NCBI GenBank assembly: GCA_965227295.1 | Contig: OZ245742.1 | Coordinates: forward strand, 1,792,001-1,856,000 | Direction: 5' to 3' | Length of the DNA stretch: 64,000 nt | From: Leptonemataceae bacterium | GTDB lineage: Bacteria; Spirochaetota; Leptospiria; Leptospirales; Leptonemataceae | Part shown: positions 39,069-49,374 of the stretch, in pieces | Layout: the number at the start of each line of letters is the position of its first letter | Position numbering within the stretch: position 1 is the stretch's first letter | Notes under the pieces: generated by a model | Databases searched by the model: none | What the model saw: only the letters and a program-made list of their open reading frames with translations | What the model was told of the DNA's origin: nothing | Translations under genes and position numbers: made by a program

Positions 39069-40073
39069 ATGTTGCAGAATCGAGTGCGTTTTATGTTCGC
39101 CGGCCTGGCATTGGCCGGGTTGCTTTTGCCGGCCGGCCTGGCCGCGCAGGATCGTTCGCCGGAATTGCGTTTTTCCATCGGTGCCTGGGCGGGTACGGAG
39201 ACGTCGGAGTGGGTCGGCCGACGGCACCTGGACTATCTTTTCGCCGGCTTTACGCCGGGCGTTTTCGTACAGGATCCGGGCGCTTCCGGTACGGCGGCCC
39301 TTCCGCTGGGATTGGAATTCTTTCTGCCGGCCGGCCCCGGGGATGTGATGGTCGGCCTCGAAGCATTTTCCACCGCCACGAACTACACCGCCACGGGCAT
39401 TGCCGTGTCCCCCCTCGCGATTTACGACATTCAGCATTCGGACTTCGCTCGCGCGCGCCTGGATTTTTCGCTGGGCTATCGTGTTCCGGTGACGGCGGAG
39501 TTTTCGTTTACGCCGGTGATCGGCCGGCGTGGTTTCGCGGCTTCGGCGAATACGAGCCTGCTCGGCATCGGCCTCGCGAGTTTCGCCTCGGAGGATGAAG
39601 AGTACCAGGCGAATGCCGCGGCGGGCTACATCGGCGTCGACCTGGAGTATCGCTTTACTCCGGAGTTCAGCGGCCTGGGCGGCTTTCGCTATAGCATTAC
39701 GAAATCCGGCGGCGATGTATCGACGACCAGCGAGGGTTTCGGCGCGAGCACCAGCGGCACCGGCAGCTATTACATTGGAGAGACCTCAGCGGCGTACGAG
39801 TACTCGTTTCAGCGGATTGAGCTGGGGCTGGGCTATTATCCCACCGCGAACGTGCGCCTGGCGCTGGGCTTTCGCGGCGAGACGGTGCAAACGCGGTATC
39901 CGGATTACCTGGAGTACGGCCTCGGCGTATCCACTGCCGGTGGGACAGTGTCGCCTCTGCTGTTGTTTTCGCTGGATGAGTTCATTACCGATCGTTTCTT
40001 CGTGTTTGATCGCGAGGAAAGCGAAGAGTTCAGCGGCATCTTCTTCGAGTTTACGTACATCCTCGATCTGTAA
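39069..40073 (+). CDS. Putative outer-membrane beta-barrel protein, paralogue of the upstream gene
   Basis: Shares LRFS.G.WAG.E, FAG..P, LGYR, DLEY, RYPDY and G.F.E..Y with 37992-39044. Confidence 0.75.
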   Translation: MLQNRVRFMFAGLALAGLLLPAGLAAQDRSPELRFSIGAWAGTETSEWVGRRHLDYLFAGFTPGVFVQDPGASGTAALPLGLEFFLPAGPGDVMVGLEAFSTATNYTATGIAVSPLAIYDIQHSDFARARLDFSLGYRVPVTAEFSFTPVIGRRGFAASANTSLLGIGLASFASEDEEYQANAAAGYIGVDLEYRFTPEFSGLGGFRYSITKSGGDVSTTSEGFGASTSGTGSYYIGETSAAYEYSFQRIELGLGYYPTANVRLALGFRGETVQTRYPDYLEYGLGVSTAGGTVSPLLLFSLDEFITDRFFVFDREESEEFSGIFFEFTYILDL

Positions 40074-40088
40074 GCGGCGTGGTCGCGG

Positions 40089-41324
40089 TTATTCCTGCGA
40101 CCGCGGTTCCCTTAAGATCATAAAACCGAAGATTACCAGCAAATTCAAAAGCGTGGCGCCGAAGAAGACCGGAAGAAACATGGACGTCTCCGTGGCGGTG
40201 TTCTCCGGCGCCCACCATGCCAGAAAGTCCGGCCCGATCTGTGTAAACAGCAACGTGCCGAAGAAGACGTTGCCGATCATGCCGCCCAGGCTGTGCGCCG
40301 CGACGTGATAGATGCCGTAGACGCTGCCGTAGAGATGATCCGGGCAGGATGCCTTCAGCCAGTAGATGGCCCCGATGTAGTAGCCGGCGAAGTGGACACC
40401 ATGCAAGAGCTGCGAGACCAGAACGGGAAGCGGTTCATAGCCGAGGATGGACAGCGTGAGCAAGCCGAAGCGCCCCGCCGCGGCGCCGGCGGCACAATAA
40501 AACAACCAGCGAATGCCGGGGCCGCGCGCAATGCGCTCCGTAAACATCAAAAAAGGTATCTCTAACAGCACGGCGACGAGCCAGCCGGAATAGACGAGGC
40601 CGGTGCCGCCGCTCAGTTCCCAGAAACGGCCCAGGTAGTTGTCCACCACCTGGAAACAAAAGAAAAACGTAAACGATAACCCGAGGAAAGCTAAGGCGCG
40701 ACCGGAATGCGAAAAGAAGCGCACGGCATCCAACAGGCGGTACTCCTCGTGGGATTTGCGCCGTTGTGCGACCATTAACGCGAAGGGCACGCACGCCAGG
40801 TAGGCGACGGCCCCCACGCGTCCGCCGTCGCCGGGACTGAAGTCCGGGAGCAGCGCCTCGTGATTCGCCGCAAGAAAGCTGCCGAAGAAAAACGGATCGG
40901 TCACGATCCACATGACGAGCTGGAACGCGAGGAAGCCCGTGGTCCCCGCGGCCCGGATGCGCGAGTACGGCCCGGAGCCGACGTCTTCGAGGATGGCGAT
41001 CGATATGAGCTGCACATTAGCGGAGAGCAGGAGTCGCGTGAGCGCGGAGAACAGGATCGTGAGGCCCGGGGAATCGGGCAGGGCGTAGAGGAGGTACTGT
41101 GTGGGCGCGATGAGGATGAGCCCGGTCACGAGAAAACCACGGATGCGCCGGTAGCGATCGGAGAGCCAGCCGATCAAGAAGTAACCGACGGGGTACGCGC
41201 CCTCGGCCGTAAGAAAGATGAGATACGAGTCCTGCTTGAAGTTCTGCAACACGTAGGGCGACAGGCCGGAGAGATACGAGCCCAGGCCGATGAAGTACAG
41301 AAACAGCAGCGCCACGTAGTGCAT
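40089..41324 (-). CDS. MFS transporter
   Basis: GWLSDRY, YSRIRAAGT.GF, LEIPF, SQLLHG; multiple TM segments. Confidence 0.85.
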   Translation of the reverse strand: MHYVALLFLYFIGLGSYLSGLSPYVLQNFKQDSYLIFLTAEGAYPVGYFLIGWLSDRYRRIRGFLVTGLILIAPTQYLLYALPDSPGLTILFSALTRLLLSANVQLISIAILEDVGSGPYSRIRAAGTTGFLAFQLVMWIVTDPFFFGSFLAANHEALLPDFSPGDGGRVGAVAYLACVPFALMVAQRRKSHEEYRLLDAVRFFSHSGRALAFLGLSFTFFFCFQVVDNYLGRFWELSGGTGLVYSGWLVAVLLEIPFLMFTERIARGPGIRWLFYCAAGAAAGRFGLLTLSILGYEPLPVLVSQLLHGVHFAGYYIGAIYWLKASCPDHLYGSVYGIYHVAAHSLGGMIGNVFFGTLLFTQIGPDFLAWWAPENTATETSMFLPVFFGATLLNLLVIFGFMILREPRSQE

Positions 41325-41449
41325 GCGCCGCCACGTTCGGCGGGGGGAGTGTGCTTGTCAGCTTTAAGAAATCACGGGGATATAATAGAAGAAGCCAGGC
41401 TTGCGGTTCTTCGGTTGACCCGGCAAATCCCGCGCACCATCCTGGCGGG

Positions 41450-42199
41450 ATGAGTGCAGACATCTTAAGCGTGAAAGATAAAACCATCATCGTCACCGGT
41501 GCGTCCCGGGGCATCGGCCGGGCCATTGCGGAGACGTTGCGGGACCGCGGGGCCGTGGTCTACGGCACCGGCAGCCGGCCGGAATCCATCGAGTGGATGA
41601 ACGCGGACTCCGCCGTGCAGGGGCGCGTCGCGAACGTCCGCGAACCTGGTGCCATGGCCGAGATCATTCAAGAGGTCCACGACAAACACGGCCGCCTGGA
41701 CGTGCTCATCAACAACGCCGGCATCGCTTCGAACACGCCGGCCTCATCTTTCAAAGAAGATGAAATGGAAGCCATCATCGATACGAACTTCAAAGGTCTC
41801 TTTCGCGCCTGTCAGGCGTACTACAAACTACAGCGCAAGTCCGGGGGCGGCAACATCATCAACGTCGCTTCGATTCTGGGCCTGGTGGGAACGACGCTGG
41901 CGTCCGTCTACTGCGGAACGAAAGGCGCCGTCATCAACATGACTCGCGCCCTGGCCGTGGAATGGGCGTCCTCGGGTTTTCGCTTGAACTGCATCTGCCC
42001 CGGTTTCATCGAAACCGATATGACCGAAATGATTCAGAAGCGTCCGGCGGTAATGGAAAAGATGCTTGAGGCCGTGCCCATGAAGCGCATCGGCCGGCCG
42101 GACGATCTCGTGGGCGCCGCCGTCTTTCTTGCGAGCGACGCCTCAAAGTACATGACCGGGCAGACCGTGGTCGTAGACGGCGGCATGATTGCCCAGTGA
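41450..42199 (+). CDS. Short-chain dehydrogenase/reductase
   Basis: TGASRGIG, NNAGI, YCGTK, CPGFIETDM, VDGG. Confidence 0.93.
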   Translation: MSADILSVKDKTIIVTGASRGIGRAIAETLRDRGAVVYGTGSRPESIEWMNADSAVQGRVANVREPGAMAEIIQEVHDKHGRLDVLINNAGIASNTPASSFKEDEMEAIIDTNFKGLFRACQAYYKLQRKSGGGNIINVASILGLVGTTLASVYCGTKGAVINMTRALAVEWASSGFRLNCICPGFIETDMTEMIQKRPAVMEKMLEAVPMKRIGRPDDLVGAAVFLASDASKYMTGQTVVVDGGMIAQ

Positions 42200-42211
42200 G
42201 TCAGGAGTAAC

Positions 42212-43213
42212 ATGATGCGACAAACAGCTAAGATTCTTGCGCTTGCCTCGGCAGCGTTCGCACTGAGCACCTGCGCCGAGCTGCAAAAAATGGTCGGCGT
42301 GGATCGGGATCCGTCCATTAACTTTGAGAAAATCGAACTTACCGGCATTGACCTGGAAAAACTCAGCGTGCGCCTGCATACCAGGCTGGACAATCCGTAC
42401 GCCTTCGCCCTGCCCCGGGCCGCCACGGATTTCGGCCTGGAGATCGAGGGCGCAAAGCTGGCGCAACTCAAGACGGATCTTTCGAACGGCGTGGCCAAAC
42501 GTTCCGAAACGCCGATCCCCTTCGATGTGGAGATTCCGTACAAGGGCATCCTGGAAGTGTATCAACGTTTGCCGGGCAAAGAGACATTCAACGTGCGCCT
42601 GAACGGGCCGGCGCAGCTCTTTTTGCCGGAACAGGCGCGGCTCCCCGGCCTGCCCGAATCCATGACGTTGGACCTGGACCAGAGCCGGGAAATTCCCGCG
42701 CTGCGGCCGAACATTGAGGTGCGGAACTTCTCGATTCAGAAGCCCACGAGCAGCGACCTGGTGTCGGCGGTGGGCCCGGTGCTCGCCGTCGCGCTGGAAA
42801 CGTACCTCAATCGATTGTTAGGCGACGGCGGCAGCCCCCCGGGTGCCGCCACGGCGATCCTCGGACGTCTGGACTATCGCCTCAAGACCGAGTATGAACT
42901 GGTATTAAAGAACGAAGCCGCGGCACAGATGGACTTCACGAAAGTAAACTACGCGCTGGCTTTAGAAGGCCGGCCGTTTTTCGAAGGCATCGGTACGGAG
43001 ATCGTGAAGGATGAACTCACCGGCGCTTCGATCGTGAAAGTCCAGACGGAGTTTCCGATTGTATCGATCACGTCTTCGATTGCCCGGGCCATAAAGTACA
43101 AGAATGCGAACTTCCGGCTGAGCGGTGATGCCGGTCTGGATCTTCCGGACTTCCCGGTGAGTGATCTGCTCAAGCTGAAATTCGATAAGGCCGGCAAACT
43201 GGACTGGCAGTAA
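42212..43213 (+). CDS. Lipoprotein with LEA_2/WHy-like domains
   Basis: Lipobox-like LSTC; LDNPY.FALP; two similar beta-rich halves. Confidence 0.65.
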   Translation: MMRQTAKILALASAAFALSTCAELQKMVGVDRDPSINFEKIELTGIDLEKLSVRLHTRLDNPYAFALPRAATDFGLEIEGAKLAQLKTDLSNGVAKRSETPIPFDVEIPYKGILEVYQRLPGKETFNVRLNGPAQLFLPEQARLPGLPESMTLDLDQSREIPALRPNIEVRNFSIQKPTSSDLVSAVGPVLAVALETYLNRLLGDGGSPPGAATAILGRLDYRLKTEYELVLKNEAAAQMDFTKVNYALALEGRPFFEGIGTEIVKDELTGASIVKVQTEFPIVSITSSIARAIKYKNANFRLSGDAGLDLPDFPVSDLLKLKFDKAGKLDWQ

Positions 43214-43222
43214 GATTTTATA

Positions 43223-43340
43223 ACCACCGAAGCGCCGAGGCCACCGAGTTTAAGAAATCAGAGAGCACACATAGCCCGAACGCTTTCGGTTACGAATACT
43301 CTTCCCCATCTTTCCTCGGCGACCTCGGAGCCTCGGTGGT
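43223..43340. repeat. Inverted-repeat element built from CCGAG units
   Basis: ACCACCGAAGCGCCGAGGCCACCGAG (43223-43248) and CTCGGCGACCTCGGAGCCTCGGTGGT (43315-43340), 22/26 complementary. Confidence 0.7.
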
Positions 43341-43343
43341 CCA

Positions 43344-45815
43344 ATGTCTTCTATGATAGACCGCATCATTGATACCTTACGCAGCCTTTACGAAGGCGCG
43401 GCGGATCGATTGTATCGCATCAGCCTGCGCCTGGGCCCGTTTCTCGATAATCTGCGCGACCTCAGTCGCGAACACTGGCAGAAGCTGCTCATCTTCGGCA
43501 TCGGCGGGCCGGCGCTGTTTATTGCCGCGTTTTCGGGCATCGTCTTCGGTATGTACCTGGCGGATCGTTCCGAATTGATCGTTGAGCTGGACGAGTACCG
43601 GGAGTGGCTGCACGGCCGCGGCCGCAGCGAAAAGAAACCGGCTATCGTTATCTATGACGTGGGCGGCCGGCCCATCGGTGAATATCTTCCCGAACGCGGC
43701 TCGCGGATGACCATGAACGTTTGCGGCGAGGCGACCTGGCTGAAACACGCGGTGGTCTCCGCGGAAGATCGGGAGTTCTTCGATCACGGCGGGGTATCGT
43801 TGCGCGGCATCGTACGCGCAATCTACAATAACGTGCGCACGCTGTCGTTGCGCGAGGGCGGCGGTACCGTAACGCAACAGGTCGCGCGCAATCTGTTTAC
43901 CGATCGTGCGCGTTCGTTTACGCGTAAGCTCTACGAGACGTACGCCGCCTGGCTCATTGAAAGCAAACTCACGAAGGACGAGATTCTGTGTTTGTACTTA
44001 AACAAGATCTACATGGGCGAAGGCCGCATCGGTGCGGAAGAAGCGGCGTGGTTTTACTTTCGTAAGCCGCCGCAAAACCTCAACGCCGCCGAGGCGGCCA
44101 TGATCGTCGGCCTGTTCCCGAGCCCGGTGTACTACAGCCCGCTGAACAACATCGAACTATCGCTCAAGAAACAGCGCCTGGTCCTGGATGCCCTGGAAGA
44201 AGCGGAGCACCTGACCGAAAAAGAACGCAACATCGCCTACCAGGCCTTCCTGAAAAAGTACCGCGTGGAAACCGGCGGCGAAGATCCCGATCCCGGTGAG
44301 ATCGGCCGCTACGGCGCTTCGCGAGACTTCCGTTACAATGCCGCGCCGACGGCCAACGAGCACGTAAAGGACGTTTTGCATTCGAACAGTCTGATCCAGG
44401 AAGAGGTCGTGCGCGAAGGCGGCCTGCGCGTGTATACCACCATCGACCTGGATCGCCAGCGCGGCGCGCTGCAGGCGTTGCGGAGCAGCGTCGCCCAGGC
44501 GCGCGCTAAGATCATTTCAAACAATGCTAACAACAAAAGCTTCGAGGCGCGGGAGATCGAAAAAATTTCCCGGCGCATGAACGGGGCCTTCGTGGCCCTG
44601 GACTCGAACACCGGCGACATCCGCGCCATGGTGGGTGGTTACGCGGTGAACGAGGGCACGATGACCCGCCGTGTCTGGGCCATGCGCCGGCAGCCCGGTT
44701 CCACGATCAAGGGCGCGTTGTACGCCGTGGCCCTGGATGAGGGCGTCTACAGCGTGAACGATGTCGTCATCGACGAGAAGATCAGTATCGGCGGCTACAG
44801 TCCGCGCAACTGGAACGGCAAGTATTTAGGACCGGTGCCGTTGCGTCAGGCGTTGGCCATGTCCATCAACACGGTGGCGGTGAAGACGCTGGATCGCGTG
44901 GGCATCAGTCGCTTTCGCAATTTCTTATCGTCCGCCCTCGACCTGAGCTTTTTTGAATCGGGGGATCGCTTCCCGGGGAACTTGAGTCTGGCCCTCGGCT
45001 CCGGTGAAGTCACGCCCATGGAACTCGCGCGCATTTATGCTACCATCGAAAACGGCGGCCGGGTGGTGGAACCGCGGCTGATTACACGCATCGAAGATCG
45101 CGACGGCAAAGTCATTTACCAGGACTATCGGCGGCGGGACGACGGGGCGTTGGTACTCGGGGAGTACGCCTGCGCCGAGGCGGTGAAACTCATGCAGTCC
45201 GTCTTTGATCCGGAAGTCGAAGGCACGGTGAGCTACATCGGCAAACGTCGGGCCGGCAATCCGAATTATCTGCCGTTCCCCATCGCCGGCAAGACCGGGA
45301 CCGTTCAAATAGTAAAAGAGACCCGCAAAAAATATCCGGGCATGCGCGGCGTGCGGGACGCCTGGTTCGTGGGTCTCACGCCGGGCGAGGCGGCGGTGGT
45401 GTGGCTGGGCCACGACGAGGGCGCTCCCTTCCGCGGCTCCGGCAGCCAGGCCGCGAGCGTCTGGGCCGGCTACGCCCAGGCGTCGCTGCGCGGCAAGGTC
45501 TCCCGGGAGTGGCCGCGGGTGGACGAAGTGGAGATCGAGGATCCCGTGATTGAACTGGAGGAACCGTCGGACGAACAGGACGGCGACGATTCCTTAACCG
45601 GCGATGATCAGGAGTTAGTCGACACCGAGGCCGACGAAGTGCCGGAGCAAGACCCCGTGAAGGAGCCGGCGGAAAAACCGGAGGACACGGCGAGCCCGGG
45701 AGATGCGACGGGCGACGCGACAACGAATAAAGAACCCGCGAAGGAACCCGAGAAAAAACCGGAGGAAACTACGCCACCGCCGGTGAAGAAAGCGGAAGAA
45801 ACGGTGTCGCCGTAA
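43344..45815 (+). CDS. Class A penicillin-binding protein (transglycosylase/transpeptidase)
   Basis: AEDREFFDHGG, GG.T.TQQ.ARN, YLNKIY.G, QPGSTIK (SxxK), SIN, KTGT; acidic Pro-rich tail. Confidence 0.93.
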   Translation: MSSMIDRIIDTLRSLYEGAADRLYRISLRLGPFLDNLRDLSREHWQKLLIFGIGGPALFIAAFSGIVFGMYLADRSELIVELDEYREWLHGRGRSEKKPAIVIYDVGGRPIGEYLPERGSRMTMNVCGEATWLKHAVVSAEDREFFDHGGVSLRGIVRAIYNNVRTLSLREGGGTVTQQVARNLFTDRARSFTRKLYETYAAWLIESKLTKDEILCLYLNKIYMGEGRIGAEEAAWFYFRKPPQNLNAAEAAMIVGLFPSPVYYSPLNNIELSLKKQRLVLDALEEAEHLTEKERNIAYQAFLKKYRVETGGEDPDPGEIGRYGASRDFRYNAAPTANEHVKDVLHSNSLIQEEVVREGGLRVYTTIDLDRQRGALQALRSSVAQARAKIISNNANNKSFEAREIEKISRRMNGAFVALDSNTGDIRAMVGGYAVNEGTMTRRVWAMRRQPGSTIKGALYAVALDEGVYSVNDVVIDEKISIGGYSPRNWNGKYLGPVPLRQALAMSINTVAVKTLDRVGISRFRNFLSSALDLSFFESGDRFPGNLSLALGSGEVTPMELARIYATIENGGRVVEPRLITRIEDRDGKVIYQDYRRRDDGALVLGEYACAEAVKLMQSVFDPEVEGTVSYIGKRRAGNPNYLPFPIAGKTGTVQIVKETRKKYPGMRGVRDAWFVGLTPGEAAVVWLGHDEGAPFRGSGSQAASVWAGYAQASLRGKVSREWPRVDEVEIEDPVIELEEPSDEQDGDDSLTGDDQELVDTEADEVPEQDPVKEPAEKPEDTASPGDATGDATTNKEPAKEPEKKPEETTPPPVKKAEETVSP

Positions 45816-45938
45816 ACGTCGGTGACTCCGGCGTCTTCATCGCAATAATCGCTACGAAGCTGAGCACAATCCAGCGTTATTGCAGCACCACCCCGTTAAT
45901 TGCTTGAAATCCGGGGCGGCAACCGGCACGATTCTGAC

Positions 45939-46148
45939 GTGAAACGTCTGTTCCCCTGGCTGACCGTTGCATTCCTGGCCGCGCTCGTGACGTTCACCTT
46001 TCTCGCGCGCTTTGCCCCGGAAACCATCGGCAGCGCAGCCGCTGCCCTTGCAGCACAACGCAACGCCGACGTGCAAAACGCGCGCGATCTCACAAAGCCC
46101 GCGGCCAACGCCAAAAAAATTCTGGCGCCCGCGCCCGAGGCGAAGTAG
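45939..46148 (+). CDS. Small exported or membrane-anchored hypothetical protein
   Basis: GTG start; KRLFPWLTVAFLAALVTFTFL hydrophobic stretch; ends 9 nt before the next gene. Confidence 0.55.
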   Translation: MKRLFPWLTVAFLAALVTFTFLARFAPETIGSAAAALAAQRNADVQNARDLTKPAANAKKILAPAPEAK

Positions 46149-46157
46149 AATCGCAGG

Positions 46158-47510
46158 ATGTCCGCGTATCTTTCACCGGAGTTTCTCGCGAAGCTCGATC
46201 CCGTCACGCTGGCGGTGCCGTTTTTTATCGCGCTCATATTCATTGAGGCGCTTGCGGCCTGGCTGTCGCGGCGGCAACGCGGACGTCGGCTGTATCGCTG
46301 GAACGACAGCATCAGCGCGCTCAGCACGGGGCTTATCTTTTCGATCGCCGGCGTCGCCGTCACCGCGGGTGCGCTCTATGTTTACGCCCTTGTGGGAAGC
46401 ACGCTGCCGCTGGGCGACACATTGTTGCGTAAGATGGGATTGCCGGAGGTTAGTCTCGCTTCGCCCTGGTACATCTGGCTGATCGTTCTCGTCGTCGTCG
46501 ACTGCGTCTATTACTGGTTTCATCGCGCGTGCCACGAGGTGCGCTTTCTCTGGGCGTGTCACGTTACGCATCATTCCGGCGAAGAGTTCAATCTCTCGAC
46601 GGCGCTCCGCCAGTGTGCGTTCCAGCGCGTCTTCGAGTATTCGTTTTACTTACCGCTGGCCGTCGCGGGCATACCGTGGCAGATGATGTTCATTTGCCAC
46701 GGCGGCGTGAAGATCTATCAGTTCTGGGTGCACACGCGCATCATCGGCAGGCTGGGGTTTCTGGAAGCGTTCCTGCTCACGCCGTCCCATCATCGTGTGC
46801 ACCACGGCCGGGACCCGCGCTACCTCGATAAAAATCACGGTGGTATCTTCATTCTCTGGGATCGTCTGTTCGGAACCTACGTCGAAGAAAGTGACGAACC
46901 GCACTACGGTCTCACGAAACCCCTGGCGAACTGGGATCCGTTGTGGGCCAACGTCCACGAGTACGCCGGCATCTGGAACGACGCGAAACGTACTCAAAAC
47001 TGGCGCGATAAGATCGGCGTCTTCTTGAACAAACCCGGCTGGCGTCCGTCGGACCTGGGCGGGTCCTTGCCGGTGCCGGAGGTCGGTGCATCGTATCGCA
47101 AGTACGATCCACAGCTCAGCGCCGGAGAAACCGCGTACGCCTTCGCGCAGTTCGTCCTGCTCACGGTGGCAGCGTTGTTGTTTCTCAAGGCGGCTAAGGG
47201 TACCGCGACTTCGGCAGCACTGTTGTCGCTGCATCCGGTACTCATCGCCGCCTGGGGCGTATATATTGTGATCGCCCTCGCGAGTGTCGGCACCTTCCTG
47301 AACTACGGAATGTCCCGACGCAGCACCATCTTCGAAGTCACTCGCCTGGGAATTGTCGTCGTGGCGATGCCCGAACTCGCGTTTGTACATGATTGGCCGG
47401 CAGCCGTGGCCGGCAGTGTGACCGCCCTGGCCCTGGGCTCCATCGGATGGCTCATGCTCGTGCGTCGCTCTTCGTTTGACGTGGAACCCGCCGCCCTGCA
47501 TCGGGGCTAA
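46158..47510 (+). CDS. Sterol desaturase / fatty-acid hydroxylase family (alkylglycerol monooxygenase-like)
   Basis: His boxes YWFHRACH, HVTHHS, WVHT, HHRVHH; WDRLFGT. Confidence 0.9.
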   Translation: MSAYLSPEFLAKLDPVTLAVPFFIALIFIEALAAWLSRRQRGRRLYRWNDSISALSTGLIFSIAGVAVTAGALYVYALVGSTLPLGDTLLRKMGLPEVSLASPWYIWLIVLVVVDCVYYWFHRACHEVRFLWACHVTHHSGEEFNLSTALRQCAFQRVFEYSFYLPLAVAGIPWQMMFICHGGVKIYQFWVHTRIIGRLGFLEAFLLTPSHHRVHHGRDPRYLDKNHGGIFILWDRLFGTYVEESDEPHYGLTKPLANWDPLWANVHEYAGIWNDAKRTQNWRDKIGVFLNKPGWRPSDLGGSLPVPEVGASYRKYDPQLSAGETAYAFAQFVLLTVAALLFLKAAKGTATSAALLSLHPVLIAAWGVYIVIALASVGTFLNYGMSRRSTIFEVTRLGIVVVAMPELAFVHDWPAAVAGSVTALALGSIGWLMLVRRSSFDVEPAALHRG

Positions 47511-49354
47511 TGCTCAGAGAACTCGTACGCCAGTGCCTGTCCGATGCCGTGGACGCCGCGGAGAATCTCGGTCCGCATACGGATCGCCCGGACATTCGCG
47601 TGGAGTACGCCCGCGACGAGAAGTTCGGTGATTACGCCTGCACCGTCGCCATGGACAAACGCTTCCGTGAACTCTACGCGGAGCGCGAGCCGTCGTTCAA
47701 GAATCCGAAGAACTTCGCCGGCGCCCTGCTAGAGGCCGTCGAGTCTTACGACGGCGCACGCCCGCCGGAAGAACGTCTGTTCGCGAGCATTGACGTGGCC
47801 GGCCCAGGCTTTCTCAATCTTACGATCAGCCCGGCGGCGCTGTGGCGCTACGCAAAACTTGCCGCGGACGATCGCGCGAAGTACGGTCACAGCACAAAAG
47901 CGAATCCGCGCAAGATCATCTTCGAGTTCGTGTCCGCAAATCCCACCGGTCCGTTGAACGTCGTCTCCGCGCGCGCGGCGGCCCTGGGCGACGCCTGCTG
48001 TCGATTGCTCACGGCCTCCGGCGAGGACGTCACTCCGGAATTTTATGTAAACGACTACGGCAACCAGGTGGAACTCCTGGGCCGCAGTTGTCTCTTGCGT
48101 TACGCCGAAAGCGAAGGCCTCGCGCTCAAGTTTTTCGATGCCGAAGCGAAGGTCTATCCGGACGGACCGGGCCTGCCGTTTCCCTCCGGCGGCTATCACG
48201 GCGAGTACATCCCCGAGGCCGTGGCCGCGGTGGTGCAAAAGCGCCCGGAGTTAAAGTTAACAGAGGACGCCCTCGCGAAACTGAAGGACCTGGCTCAGCA
48301 GAAGGACGTAGCCGAAAACTTCATCGAAGAGGACGAGACCTTCTTGCAGTGCGCCCGGGAGTTCGGGGCCGCAACCATCGATCACTTCCTGTCGACGCAG
48401 CAGCGAGACCTGAAGCAATTCCGCGTAAACTTCGCGAACTTTTTTCGCGAGAGTTCGTTGCATTCCGACGGGCGGGTCCTCGCGGCCCGGGAGAAACTCG
48501 GCACGCACGTCTATGAAGAAAACGGCAAGGCGCTCTTTCGCAGCACGGACTTCGGCGACGACAAGGACCGCGTCATCATTCGTGACGACGGCCGACCGAC
48601 GTACCTCCTCGCCGACATCGCCTATCATCACACGAAGATCGAGCGCGGCTTCTCGCAGATTTACAATATCTGGGGACCCGACCACCACGGCTACATCGCC
48701 CGGCTGGCCGGAGCAATGCGGGCCATGGATTTTCCCGAGGACGAGTTCCGCGTGTTGATCGCGCAGCAGGTGCGTCTGCTGCAAGACGGCGCCGAACTGA
48801 TCATGAGCAAACGCAAGGGGCAACTGATCACCATGGCCGAACTCATGGAAGAGGTTCCCGTGGACGTGTCGCGCTATTTCTTCGTAATGCGCACATTCGA
48901 ATCGCACCTGGACTTCGACCTCGACGAGGCCCGGGACACGTCCGACAAAAACCCGTACTACTACGTCGCTTACGCTCACGCGCGCATCCATTCGATCTTT
49001 CGCAACGCGGCCGAGCGGGACCTCGGCGTGTTAAAAGACGTCGCGGCCTGGCAAGGTGCAGTTGATTTGGAGTTAAGCGAAGAACGCCGACGCCTGCTGG
49101 TGCTGCTCGCGCGATTCCCCGACGAAGTCGCCGACGCCGCCCTGGCGCTGGAGCCGCATCGTCTCGTGACGTACCTCTACGAACTCGCCACGGCATTGTC
49201 GCGGTTTTACGGCAAGAAAGAGAACAAGGTCATCGACCACGAGGCGCAGACCGCCGCGGCGTTGCTGTCCATCCTCGATGCGGTGGCGGTGTGCCTTAAG
49301 AACGGCCTTGAAATGCTGGGCATGGAAGCCCCGGATCGCATGGATCAAAAGTAA
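47510..49354 (+). CDS. argS: Arginine--tRNA ligase
   Basis: GPGFLN, EFVSANPTGPL, YVNDYGNQ, DIAYH, GPDHHGY, MSKRKG, YAHARI. Confidence 0.96.
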   Translation: MLRELVRQCLSDAVDAAENLGPHTDRPDIRVEYARDEKFGDYACTVAMDKRFRELYAEREPSFKNPKNFAGALLEAVESYDGARPPEERLFASIDVAGPGFLNLTISPAALWRYAKLAADDRAKYGHSTKANPRKIIFEFVSANPTGPLNVVSARAAALGDACCRLLTASGEDVTPEFYVNDYGNQVELLGRSCLLRYAESEGLALKFFDAEAKVYPDGPGLPFPSGGYHGEYIPEAVAAVVQKRPELKLTEDALAKLKDLAQQKDVAENFIEEDETFLQCAREFGAATIDHFLSTQQRDLKQFRVNFANFFRESSLHSDGRVLAAREKLGTHVYEENGKALFRSTDFGDDKDRVIIRDDGRPTYLLADIAYHHTKIERGFSQIYNIWGPDHHGYIARLAGAMRAMDFPEDEFRVLIAQQVRLLQDGAELIMSKRKGQLITMAELMEEVPVDVSRYFFVMRTFESHLDFDLDEARDTSDKNPYYYVAYAHARIHSIFRNAAERDLGVLKDVAAWQGAVDLELSEERRRLLVLLARFPDEVADAALALEPHRLVTYLYELATALSRFYGKKENKVIDHEAQTAAALLSILDAVAVCLKNGLEMLGMEAPDRMDQK

Positions 49355-49374
49355 CGGCGGAGACACGCACTGTG

